This document shows positions 15,801-22,203 of a stretch of 22,203 bases of DNA, piece by piece. The notes under the pieces are model-generated. The model saw nothing but the letters and a program-made list of their open reading frames with translations, was not told the DNA's origin and searched no databases. This DNA comes from a virus (taxonomy: Duplodnaviria; Heunggongvirae; Uroviricota; Caudoviricetes), in the IMG/VR virus record IMGVR_UViG_3300020050_013219; one strand, given 5' to 3'. The position numbers and the translations under genes are program-made. Position 1 is the stretch's first letter. Every line of letters begins with the position of its first letter.

Positions 15801-17892
15801 TTCTATTTTTATCATATAAAACATCTACCCATTTATCATTTACATAGCCTTTATCAATTCTATAAAAATTACTTTCTCTTATAGGATAATCTTTCTTAAT
15901 TCTATCAAGTACTTCTTTACCTTTTCCACTTTCGAGTTCTTTGAGAAGATTATTATATAATACAGAACGTTGTTCAATTAAAACACTTTCTTTCCCTTTA
16001 TCTGTATTATAAGTTTCTTCTTTAAGACTTACTTTGTTTTTAATAGCATTTATAATAGGATGCCCTAAAATTTCATGGATAGAAGTGTCCAATGTAGCAT
16101 AAGCCAAATTAATAGTAGCAATATTTCCTTCCAATTTTCCTTTAAAATTTTGACTTCTATCAGATATAAATTCAACTTCTATCCCAATTCTATTAGCTAA
16201 TCTTGCAGCTAAATCTCTTATTGTTTTTTCAGAAGCAATAAAATCTTGATTAGATTGACCTGAATTATTTTGATAATAAGTTTTTGGTTTATTATCTACA
16301 ATCTTTAATTTACCAACTTGGCTATCAGTACTTCCAATTTCGGATTTTACAATATTTGTAAGATTATTTAAAGCTCTTTCAGCCAAAGTTCCTTCAACTT
16401 TAATTCCAAGTTTACTTAGCATATCTTTAAACATTTGAATAAGTTTACCAATGAAAGAATCATCTTTAATAGCAGCTAATTCTTCAACAAAAGATTGTTT
16501 GGAAAGTGCCGCATAAAATTCATCAATAGAACTAAATTCATACCTTGTATTAGAAGGGTCTAAAATAGCCTTAGAATCAATCCAAACTTTTTCCATGTCT
16601 TTATATACCTTTGGAGAGTTCTTCTTCCAATAGGCTAATTTAAGGGCTGTGAGAGCATGTATGACTTCATGTGTAAAAACTGTTTCAGGATTGGTTGAAT
16701 TGACATTCAACCTTATAATTCCATTATCAAAATGACCTGCTTCTACAATGTTATCTACAATTTCTACTTTCATATTATCAATAGATTGATTACTAAGTCC
16801 GTAAAGCATTTTGAGTAATTTGTTTGCATGATTATTAGGGTTTTTATAATTTTTAACAAATTCAGAAAAATGTTCTGTATCTTTTTTAGAACCCAATATA
16901 TAAACTTGTTTTGAATCAGTAACTATATAACTTTTACCTTCACCTTCAAATTTATTTTCATAAACAATTCCTTCTGTTGAAGTTTTTATAGTTTTTCTTA
17001 AAATTTCATCCCATACTTCATTATGTTGAACATCTTCTGACCCATAAAGTTTACTAATATTTAATAAAACAGGTATAATTTTTAAAGTCTTATTTTTATC
17101 TTTATTTATCTCTTCATTCAAACTATCTATATATTTTTGTTTTCTTTCTTCTAATGTATTTATTACACTTTTAGGTAATTCTTCAAAAGATATTGACTTA
17201 TTGCTTGTATTAAATTCTCCATCAGAAGTAATTGAAGTTATACTTTCTATTAATTTTTTATTTTCATTATAATAATAATTTTTATTTCCGAATCTAACAG
17301 AATCTCCTTTAGAAGCTAAATCTTCATATTTAATATTATCAGGATTAATAGGTTGCACATTTTGAACAAGACTGTTATCAAATATACTTGCTTGTTCTAA
17401 AGTTCCAAAATGTAAACCTGCACTGTATAAATTACCTAAAGCATTTTGCTCCATCGGTACTTGAAAAGTATCAAAAGATTCAGTAGTCCCATGGTATAAA
17501 ATATCTTTTACTTTACTATTGGGAAATATAGTGCTTAAATATTCTGAATACTGTTTTCTTGTTCCTATTTTTTCTAATTCAGAATTTTGTTCAAATACAA
17601 AATCAACTTCTTCTGAAACAAGTTTTTCTCCAATATTCTCAAATATTTCTTTAAAAGAATAAATTCCCTGCTTATATTTTTTATTTCCAATGGTTATTTC
17701 TGTTTGATTTAAAGTTTTTTCATTAGATTTTAAAATTCCCTCCACTAAATCATTAGCGGAAGGAAAATCATAAGTATTATTTTTATCTTGCCAAACAGCA
17801 ATTTTAGCAGCTACAATGATAGGTTTTAATCCTAATTCATCACTCAATTCTTTAACTTGAATACTGTTATAATCTATACATCTTTTGTTCAT
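9889..17892 (-). CDS. Giant polyvalent, probably virion-packaged/ejected protein (2667 aa) of crAss-like type
   Basis: Uninterrupted 8-kb ORF. It carries an ART-like domain, HEVIH and HEILGH zincin motifs, a long helical C-terminal half and one hydrophobic TM segment. The N-terminal C...ELSDELGL.P..VAAKIAVWQ.KN motif is one I associate with crAss-like giant proteins. Confidence 0.85.
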   Translation of the reverse strand: MNKRCIDYNSIQVKELSDELGLKPIIVAAKIAVWQDKNNTYDFPSANDLVEGILKSNEKTLNQTEITIGNKKYKQGIYSFKEIFENIGEKLVSEEVDFVFEQNSELEKIGTRKQYSEYLSTIFPNSKVKDILYHGTTESFDTFQVPMEQNALGNLYSAGLHFGTLEQASIFDNSLVQNVQPINPDNIKYEDLASKGDSVRFGNKNYYYNENKKLIESITSITSDGEFNTSNKSISFEELPKSVINTLEERKQKYIDSLNEEINKDKNKTLKIIPVLLNISKLYGSEDVQHNEVWDEILRKTIKTSTEGIVYENKFEGEGKSYIVTDSKQVYILGSKKDTEHFSEFVKNYKNPNNHANKLLKMLYGLSNQSIDNMKVEIVDNIVEAGHFDNGIIRLNVNSTNPETVFTHEVIHALTALKLAYWKKNSPKVYKDMEKVWIDSKAILDPSNTRYEFSSIDEFYAALSKQSFVEELAAIKDDSFIGKLIQMFKDMLSKLGIKVEGTLAERALNNLTNIVKSEIGSTDSQVGKLKIVDNKPKTYYQNNSGQSNQDFIASEKTIRDLAARLANRIGIEVEFISDRSQNFKGKLEGNIATINLAYATLDTSIHEILGHPIINAIKNKVSLKEETYNTDKGKESVLIEQRSVLYNNLLKELESGKGKEVLDRIKKDYPIRESNFYRIDKGYVNDKWVDVLYDKNRNRVEEAGIGMEARAFLKKLNNNIYTDSLVVAKYDLEEQQEEAIVELVSLMTAEKLDAVKDGKLISLLKRLLKEMATFMRNLLRQKEIEVDKLPDNMTLNDIANILAYSNSKIILPENEVIYTTPDNQTFKTYQEASNHISKLANSVKDVDLTNKNLDINEMPDYFVFNQGEDGDSVRVFKKDNKWFSQYMGEEDINEISKQEALEIWKDSIKYAPINEGTNMKTTPQNLQAFIEKNKEFEQSKEIIEEWKKVNSIKYNPEEIYSRGQGFYSVVGAYSQFDVKLMFQNLLHHIEDNKKAGGHFAISAFTKPIDKNISHLEGGGGKIKFVIYPKPEDILWATNRDAYSGSVWDAAEKVNKDKKSELLGVSYTKYPSLANINSVQPNLASIVDNLADHHNELGIVLSNNFRLEVDEDVPYEIKRLVGVVNSVLDDTYGKIKKPEIAVKGSTVKVFEVHDNWDINDDGSTKIINTYLDEKKALDFIDAYQDKSVEAGKRFTLVKSQRNNGIQPNITEKDLKESIGKIKDKVAKFKTSFDIEELSYQILEDVGDTGDNDERPFGLFINNTDVGGNISDYIQNFETREQAENWVEDNGDEYRSRYKGKEYNEQALINTKISALKEVAKKYPRSLIRSEVINSNNFNTYYQKSVEGGQEMQGKLSKDNVQVGDLIVNDKVRLRVTALNENDLTTEDGQTIPYDADFNVFRTAPNEEISNNKPIDDVPFNEHESELSENKPIEDLAMEEADNYIPLNPTEVEVATFDWVSKIVTSYEEMGKELSNVSRNNSGKTLYNDNVTHASKIRNINKEHATETELLKTIKQAASIVMYVSNLKYNLISKGEISTDNSAYTNVLNSNLLGLAKKIAADYKGDTSEWTDEQHKKYTEMAAYIRTYLDIHTNQSEIANLKLIMKQSRNQTEDINAYLKSIGQSSDYNSAAQDIQEVIDAMEEINLTLKYSTHFAHTLQINNKKEIAAKIASNNEVIEKKNNKILAKIALNVEKIVKNPEKKETLEEENEELRKGLKEMKTISSVQQIQNEMMDGNDNGFLKAVTGSIHDLGDASMTLLANRVEENFQKMQNRFAPMGKEMTDAWTDFSEDLGAVYDDEKVMKNFTEIIEYTDREGIERTEKHFISERDMKAYYEDYHKTANEIGAIGKEITELYKNISTKPVADEVEHKAQNDANDAIRAEIQGLRVKIAKIQKDFTEKLAFSKDKTDSYIDDNGDIAYYNNTIGDHFMRMLDDYKKANGEQGLQSFYHYVESNLDIKTMKYDNKSFRRNSEESYINHLIANSFKGDILVPKYSSKLLIPKKGSYPSNKLAALSASERKAFDIVTKIYYESQMDLPEYSRPGTRVPSVPKEYMQKNLKDKMAIGKILKQEFTDHFSDEISENDSKKIPIYYVGNSMNANEISDNYFGTVLMFAKQAAAFRAKADTLHLAKEMQYTLGKSKQQDRTGEIMINKSLAAMGITEAIPSGTDWRQWFLEKWIDGVFFGKTNTPISWKVGKHNVRIDKILNKFMGFSAFGTIGGVKIVNFFTNLGMANTANLMNTTGYFEGAKTEQLYSWVQYMKALYSGGKVMWDMLLDHVKQTEYSSSVYAELMDELEPLQGEYFDKFGNQLNRSFLGKAFSTTTWFAPSQFAEVQPQITAMIATLENIPVKLLDGSSTTLWKALTASNDLNANWQTIESSGDIVGWRNVREDVLINKKRKLEEVNRKLQGNYKSLGGINSPIMRQNVFGRMLENYKKWVVPGFLSRYKEDGYSINRNERDEGRYRVLFNYILSDAKWMWQSIGDKKVTPLDILWITPENIDRVRQYFTDEQIIAIRQAVIEQAFITFTSIFAVIFLAIGKGSDDDDYMFSTAAAITLKISRDFNYFQPLNIDTPFTTEFFLNEKPDDMGLSVPLTSGMQDVMRIAKNPFAVMRTLDQIDALFEILTSNPSATYVKGDNKGKLKVGVAGLKLIGVTTGTDGKIFTDPLSR
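10282..10333 (-). other. Predicted transmembrane helix near the C-terminus of the 2667-aa protein
   Basis: AFITFTSIFAVIFLAIG followed by an acidic DDDD stretch. Confidence 0.65.
13868..16281 (-). repeat. 14-nt exact direct repeat (ACTTATTATCAAAA on the coding strand) bounding a 2400-bp in-frame segment
   Basis: ttttgataataagt at 13868-13881 and 16268-16281; both copies encode T-Y-Y-Q-(N/K), at residues 538 and 1338. Confidence 0.6.
15470..16250 (-). other. Zincin-like metallopeptidase domain (HExxxH variant) within the 2667-aa protein
   Basis: KGKLEGNIATINLAYATLDTSIHEILGH (HEILGH at 16060-16077) plus downstream QEEAIVEL. Confidence 0.6.
16420..16790 (-). other. Zincin-like metallopeptidase domain (HExxH) within the 2667-aa protein
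   Basis: AGHFDNGIIRLN...FTHEVIHALT (HEVIH at 16657-16671) plus SSIDEFYA as candidate third ligand. Confidence 0.7.
16855..17600 (-). other. ADP-ribosyltransferase-like (ART-PolyVal-type) domain within the 2667-aa protein
   Basis: LYHGT...F..F (17485-17496), GLHFGTLEQA (17401-17412), IIPVLLNI, EGIVYENKFEGEGKSYIV..SKQVYIL. Confidence 0.65.
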
Positions 17893-17902
17893 TACAAATT
17901 AG

Positions 17903-18256
17903 TTATTTCAAGTTTTTCAACTTATATATTGTGCTGTAAATCAATTCAATAGCAGATTGCACGATTTGTTGTAAAAATCCATCTTTTAAACTTTTTTCAT
18001 ATTCTTCAAAAGCAAGAACTTTTCTTTTCAGGTAAACAATCATGTCTTGACCTTCTGGTTCTTTTTTAATAGGAATATCCTTGATTATTCCATATTTACC
18101 AATATAAGACTCACAAAATTTATCACGCCAATCAACAATCTCTTCATATAAAGTATTTAAAGCCATGTGTTGTGAATAACTTGTTGTCTGTAAATGAGCT
18201 ATGTGAGCAGTTGTTTCAATTTCAAATAAAGCTCCTATAAATTCTTGTACTGTCAT
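17903..18256 (-). CDS. Ferritin/Dps-like four-helix protein (DUF5856-like)
   Basis: AHIAHLQTTSYSQHMALNTLYEE...DKFCESYIGKYG...STIYKLKNL, matching the phage ferritin-like family. Confidence 0.75.
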   Translation of the reverse strand: MTVQEFIGALFEIETTAHIAHLQTTSYSQHMALNTLYEEIVDWRDKFCESYIGKYGIIKDIPIKKEPEGQDMIVYLKRKVLAFEEYEKSLKDGFLQQIVQSAIELIYSTIYKLKNLK

Positions 18257-18278
18257 GATTTAATTTAGTTTTGAGAGA

Positions 18279-21200
18279 TTACAAATTGCAATCTCTCATT
18301 TTTTGTTGTTCTTCATCGCTTAAAGAGTTCCATTCATCAATAGACATTCCTAATTTATCTAAATCTGATTTACTTATTTCAGAAGTTTTATCATTTATAA
18401 AATTTTCTATATTAGATTTACCTTTTCTTAAAGATTCTAAAGTATCTTCATCGTGATATTTATAAGAAAGTTCTTCTTCAATTTCTTTTAAATTATAAAC
18501 TTCTATGTAATCTGATAAACCTTTTGTAAAAATATTGGAAAATTCAGTTTTATATAAATCTTCTAATCCTATTTCTCCAAAAGAATCTAATAATAAATAA
18601 TCTTTACTTCTAATTTTATCTAAATCATCAATAGTTAAATATCTCTCATTTTCATCCTCATCCATTATTTTATATTTTTTAGAAGAAATAGCTCTTTTCA
18701 ACAATTTTTTATTTAAAATCTCTTGTTTACTGGATAAATCAATATAATTAAAGTCTTCATCAGTTACATTATCAATATCATCAAACAATTCAGCAACAGA
18801 TTTTTGATTAGATTTAATTTCTTGAGCTATTTGTTCTGCTGATTTTTCTTTTTCTTTAAACAGATTTCTAATAATATTAGATTTATTTTCAACATGTTTA
18901 ATATCAATATCATTTATAATATCTTTGATTTCAGAACTATAATTCTTTAATAAATAATCAGTCAAAGTTTTATAATACACATGTGATTGTATAGTAAATT
19001 CACTAAATCCTAATACGAAATTAATAACTTCTTCTTGATAAGGATAATCTTCAGGAGAATCCCATTCTCCTTGTCCTCCATAATCATCTTTCAAATAAGT
19101 TATAGCATTTATTAGAGTCATATTTTCAATTATTAAATCATCTTCTTCCGCAACATCATTTACTTTATTTAATAAACTATCCACCTTACCATAAATCAAT
19201 TTTTTTGTATTAATAGGCATCTCATTAAATAAATGATGTATATATTCATGTTCTAATATTTTAGAATTTAATAACTCTTTAGGAAGATGTAATGTTTTAT
19301 CTGAATTTTTAAAATATGCTATGGCTTTTTTACGTACTGTTCTAATTTCTTCAGGTGTTTCTATTATAACTCCTAATTCTTTAGCAAGTTCTATTGCTGA
19401 TTTTTCAACAGGTTTTTGTTCAACACTTGGTTGAGAAGAAATATTGTCTTGTGTCTTTTGATAAACATCTCTAATAGCTTGTATTGATTGTTCAGTCATT
19501 TTACCATTTTCTTGTCTGCTACCAATTCCTGCAAAATCTTTATGTAATATTGGAATTTCAGATTTTACGAAAGTTGAACCATTCCATTTGTACCATTGAT
19601 TTGTTTTAGTATCAAACACATTTACTTCTTTACCATTAGCAATAGCCATTTCAACTGCATAACCTGTGCCACCATCAACAGTAGCTCTTTTTGCTTTTAC
19701 AACATATCCTTGTGAATTTTTTTCATTTGGATAAACTATCGGAGCAATAGCAACTACTTGTGTACTATTTTTAATTTGAAACCAATTCCTACCTAATAAA
19801 TTAGCATATTTATCTACAAAAGGTCTTCCAAGTTGTTGAGCAGCTAATTTAGCATGTTCAATTCCTTCTTCAAGTTGTTCTTTTGTAAGTTCAACATTAC
19901 CTTTAGGGGTTTTTTGATTAGCCCAATAATGATTGTGATTCAAAACTCCAAATTCTCTACCTATTGTATCAAACATACTATCTGCACCAATAGCTCCACC
20001 TGAATGATTTGTTATTTCAGACACTGATTTTGGTAAGACCATTTTGTTAGCTTCAACAGATTGGTTTGGTTCAACAGGCATATCTTTTGTTAAAGGCATT
20101 ACTCTTCTTCTTGTAATAGAAATTCTATAACTTCCTTGTGGATAAGTAATATTTTCTAATTCAAAATGAATTTTCGGTAAAAATCCTTTTGTATTATCAG
20201 CATAGGTACTATGACTAATTTTTCTATTAATTCCTTGATAACCAAACAAATACCCTTGACCACTCGCTACTTTTATAGATTTTTTATTAGCATCATTTCC
20301 AATAATTATATTACCTTCTCCGCCAATATTTCCTACAATTACGGGATATTTTTCAGCAGATTTACTTTCTTCTAAATCTGAATGATTACCTATAAATGAT
20401 TCGTTATTATATACATTTATAATAAATCCATCATAATTAGAAGCATCAATAGGACTAAATTTATTGAATAATTCTCTTATTCTTGGAGTAGTTTGTCCTA
20501 AAGGTTCTCCATTAATAGAAACATTATAATAACCATAAGAAGTTTGTCTTCCTGCAAGGTTTTCTCCTATTTCAACAGGTTTTCTTCCTTCATTATTACT
20601 TTTATAATCCCATCTTAGACCGTCTAATCCTATCATAATAGGAGCATTTTTTCCTTTATTTGTTTTCTTTCCTTGTTTTTCTAAAAAAGGTTTTAAGAAA
20701 TCAAATATTTCTAATTGTTCTTCTTTTGATAAGATATTATTAGATATATATACACCTTCTGTTATTTTTGTTCCTAATGGGGAAGTTTGTTGATTTTTCA
20801 AACTTTCCCAATTATTAATCAAATAATCCAAAGCATTTGCATGAGAAGGTTGATTTAATTCTTTGTAATAAACAATAGCTTTTCCTTTTAATATTCCTTT
20901 GTCAAGTTGTTCTCTAATCCAATTTTTTCTTTCTAATAAATCAAATAGATAATTGTTTGCAAACTTTTCTTGTTCATTTGTATTATTACTTCCACTAATT
21001 TTTTTAATTTTCTGATAAAAATCATTAAACTCTTGGCTATCAAATGTTTTTAAAGGATGAGTATAATCATATTTATCAGTTAAAATCCAATCAATATATT
21101 TTTCAACAGATTCTTGAGTAGAGTTTGTTTTAACTAATTTATCTTTTTCTACTAAATCATCATAACTACTAAAAGGATTGCCAAAATGTTTATTAGAATT

Positions 21201-22203
21201 ATCAACTCTTAAACTAAAAATACCTCCAACAGACTTAGCATAATCAATTCCTGCTTGTTGGTAAACTGATTTTATTAATACATTTCCACTTTCTGTTTTC
21301 TTTGGTAAACTCGCATATATCTTTTCAGCTAATGTTTGATTTTTAATTTTACCCAAAGCTTCTTTAATTAAATCAGCCTCAAGTTCTGCTTCTTTCTTTC
21401 CAGTATAATACATACCATTTCCAATCTTTTCTCCAGGTTTAATATCATCATTTCTATAACCAACAACATCTTTTCCACCTTTTGTAACAATACTTTCATA
21501 AATTGGAGTAAATTCTTCATCATTTAACATTGATTTAATAGAATTTTCATTAAGTACAAGTCTAACTTTTCCATAACTTATCCCAAAAGCAGGAATTACT
21601 TTTTTCTTTTCATCAAAATTGAAACCTGCATTTTTCAAAGCTTCTCTTGCATTTCCAATTGTATCTCCTTGTTCATTAGCTTCCATGAAATATTCTTTCT
21701 TATATAAACTTGGCAGGAAAGATTTATTTGATTCATCTGCCACAAAATTTCTAATAAAATCAATCATTAATTGGTCAGCAGATTTACCTGTAATTTCCTC
21801 AAAATTCTTTTCATTCATTAATCTGTCAATAAGTCCATTTGTTTGTGCAAACAAAGGTGTGGAAATCAATGAATTAACACTTCCAGATTTGAATTGAAGT
21901 CCTTCTTTAACTACTGATTGAATGTACATAAGTTTTGCTAATGTTCCCATAAGTTTGTTTGGGTCAATTCCAACAAGTGCTTCATCAACAGTTTTACCAC
22001 TTTCCATTGCCTTTTTAATTTCTTCCAAAGCATGTGGTCTTCTGTTAAATCTCTCATAATCATTTTGCATTTTTTCATCTGCAAATCTCACAGCTTTTAA
22101 CCAAGTATTCATTGAAACTGAATCAATTGTTTTTCCTTCAAATTCTCCCTGCTTCATTATTTTTTTTACAGCAGTTAATCCTTTCATTAACGAATTATCA
22201 ACT
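18279..22203 (-). CDS. 5'-truncated giant multidomain polyprotein (more than 1302 aa); possibly the C-terminal part of a crAss-like virion RNA polymerase
   Basis: The frame stays open upstream of ATG 22187 to the window edge (V-D-N-S-L-M), so the start lies outside the window. It contains DUF4326-like, AlkB-like, SLOG and HEYIH domains. The RNAP identity is a guess from context and the MYIQSVVKEGLQFKSGSVNSLI segment; no RNAP catalytic motif is in the window. Confidence 0.8.
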   Translation of the reverse strand, partial: VDNSLMKGLTAVKKIMKQGEFEGKTIDSVSMNTWLKAVRFADEKMQNDYERFNRRPHALEEIKKAMESGKTVDEALVGIDPNKLMGTLAKLMYIQSVVKEGLQFKSGSVNSLISTPLFAQTNGLIDRLMNEKNFEEITGKSADQLMIDFIRNFVADESNKSFLPSLYKKEYFMEANEQGDTIGNAREALKNAGFNFDEKKKVIPAFGISYGKVRLVLNENSIKSMLNDEEFTPIYESIVTKGGKDVVGYRNDDIKPGEKIGNGMYYTGKKEAELEADLIKEALGKIKNQTLAEKIYASLPKKTESGNVLIKSVYQQAGIDYAKSVGGIFSLRVDNSNKHFGNPFSSYDDLVEKDKLVKTNSTQESVEKYIDWILTDKYDYTHPLKTFDSQEFNDFYQKIKKISGSNNTNEQEKFANNYLFDLLERKNWIREQLDKGILKGKAIVYYKELNQPSHANALDYLINNWESLKNQQTSPLGTKITEGVYISNNILSKEEQLEIFDFLKPFLEKQGKKTNKGKNAPIMIGLDGLRWDYKSNNEGRKPVEIGENLAGRQTSYGYYNVSINGEPLGQTTPRIRELFNKFSPIDASNYDGFIINVYNNESFIGNHSDLEESKSAEKYPVIVGNIGGEGNIIIGNDANKKSIKVASGQGYLFGYQGINRKISHSTYADNTKGFLPKIHFELENITYPQGSYRISITRRRVMPLTKDMPVEPNQSVEANKMVLPKSVSEITNHSGGAIGADSMFDTIGREFGVLNHNHYWANQKTPKGNVELTKEQLEEGIEHAKLAAQQLGRPFVDKYANLLGRNWFQIKNSTQVVAIAPIVYPNEKNSQGYVVKAKRATVDGGTGYAVEMAIANGKEVNVFDTKTNQWYKWNGSTFVKSEIPILHKDFAGIGSRQENGKMTEQSIQAIRDVYQKTQDNISSQPSVEQKPVEKSAIELAKELGVIIETPEEIRTVRKKAIAYFKNSDKTLHLPKELLNSKILEHEYIHHLFNEMPINTKKLIYGKVDSLLNKVNDVAEEDDLIIENMTLINAITYLKDDYGGQGEWDSPEDYPYQEEVINFVLGFSEFTIQSHVYYKTLTDYLLKNYSSEIKDIINDIDIKHVENKSNIIRNLFKEKEKSAEQIAQEIKSNQKSVAELFDDIDNVTDEDFNYIDLSSKQEILNKKLLKRAISSKKYKIMDEDENERYLTIDDLDKIRSKDYLLLDSFGEIGLEDLYKTEFSNIFTKGLSDYIEVYNLKEIEEELSYKYHDEDTLESLRKGKSNIENFINDKTSEISKSDLDKLGMSIDEWNSLSDEEQQKMRDCNL
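18930..19340 (-). other. Zincin-like metallopeptidase motif domain in the partial polyprotein
   Basis: AIAYFKNSDKTLHL...ILEHEYIHH (HEYIH at 19236-19250) and downstream YQEEVI. Confidence 0.55.
19455..20020 (-). other. SLOG-superfamily (DprA/YpsA/molybdenum-carrier-like) nucleotide-binding domain
   Basis: NHSGGAIGAD, LLGRNWFQI...VVAIA, GGTGYAVEMA...KEVNVFD...WYKW, FAGIGSR. Confidence 0.75.
20100..20770 (-). other. AlkB-like 2-oxoglutarate/Fe(II) dioxygenase domain
   Basis: EGVYISNNILSKEEQ, FIINVY...IGNHSD (H at 20382-20384, D at 20376-20378), distal His in ISHST (20211-20213), and RISITRR matching the AlkB RxNxTxR-type motif. Confidence 0.8.
20810..21260 (-). other. DUF4326-like domain
   Basis: HFGNPF...ESVEKYIDW...LKGKAIVYYKELNQPSHANALDYLIN, a variant of the WGNPF...L.GK.L.C.C...CHGDVL pattern. 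Confidence 0.6.

Noticed and set aside
18271-21897. Plus-strand ORFs 18271-18456 and 21619-21897
   Set aside because: Antisense shadows of the partial polyprotein gene.
9889-22203. Genome-wide stop-codon reassignment (TAG=Gln or TGA=Trp), known in some crAss-like phages
   Set aside because: About 12 kb of giant ORFs are uninterrupted in the standard code, and TGA is used as a stop in many ATGA overlaps. Only one local in-frame TAG was found (2120), reported separately.
22187-22203. ATG 22187 as the true start of the 1302-aa ORF
   Set aside because: There is no in-frame stop between it and the window edge, so the gene most likely begins outside the window.
1-22203. tRNA, rRNA, integrase or transposase genes
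   Set aside because: No cloverleaf, rRNA-like segment or recombinase motif was seen; intergenic gaps are mostly too short.

Overview
AT-rich bacteriophage genome segment, most consistent with a crAss-like (Crassvirales-related) phage of a Bacteroidota host. The basis is A-rich translation starts without Shine-Dalgarno sites, many ATGA stop/start overlaps, and giant virion-type genes. The left part (1-9800, + strand) is a tightly coupled array of small genes. It includes a dATP/dGTP diphosphohydrolase-like gene, a short class II (B12-dependent) ribonucleotide reductase flanked by two HNH-like endonuclease genes, an unannotated 37-aa zinc-ribbon ORF, and a RepL-like winged-helix gene with palindromic operator-like repeats at its 3' end. 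A bidirectional terminator at about 9806-9843 marks the convergent strand switch. The right part (- strand) holds the C-terminal part of a giant polyprotein that runs off the window edge (DUF4326-like, AlkB-like 2OG-Fe(II) dioxygenase, SLOG and zincin domains), a small ferritin/Dps-like gene, and a 2667-aa polyvalent protein (ADP-ribosyltransferase-like domain, two zincin motifs, an 800-aa cassette bounded by a 14-nt direct repeat, and a helical C-terminus with a transmembrane segment). The most notable leads are the modular, probably injected enzyme polyproteins, the direct-repeat-bounded in-frame cassette, an in-frame amber codon embedded in a hairpin upstream of nrdJ, and the RepL/palindrome cluster. 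All family assignments come from motif recognition only; no database searches were run.
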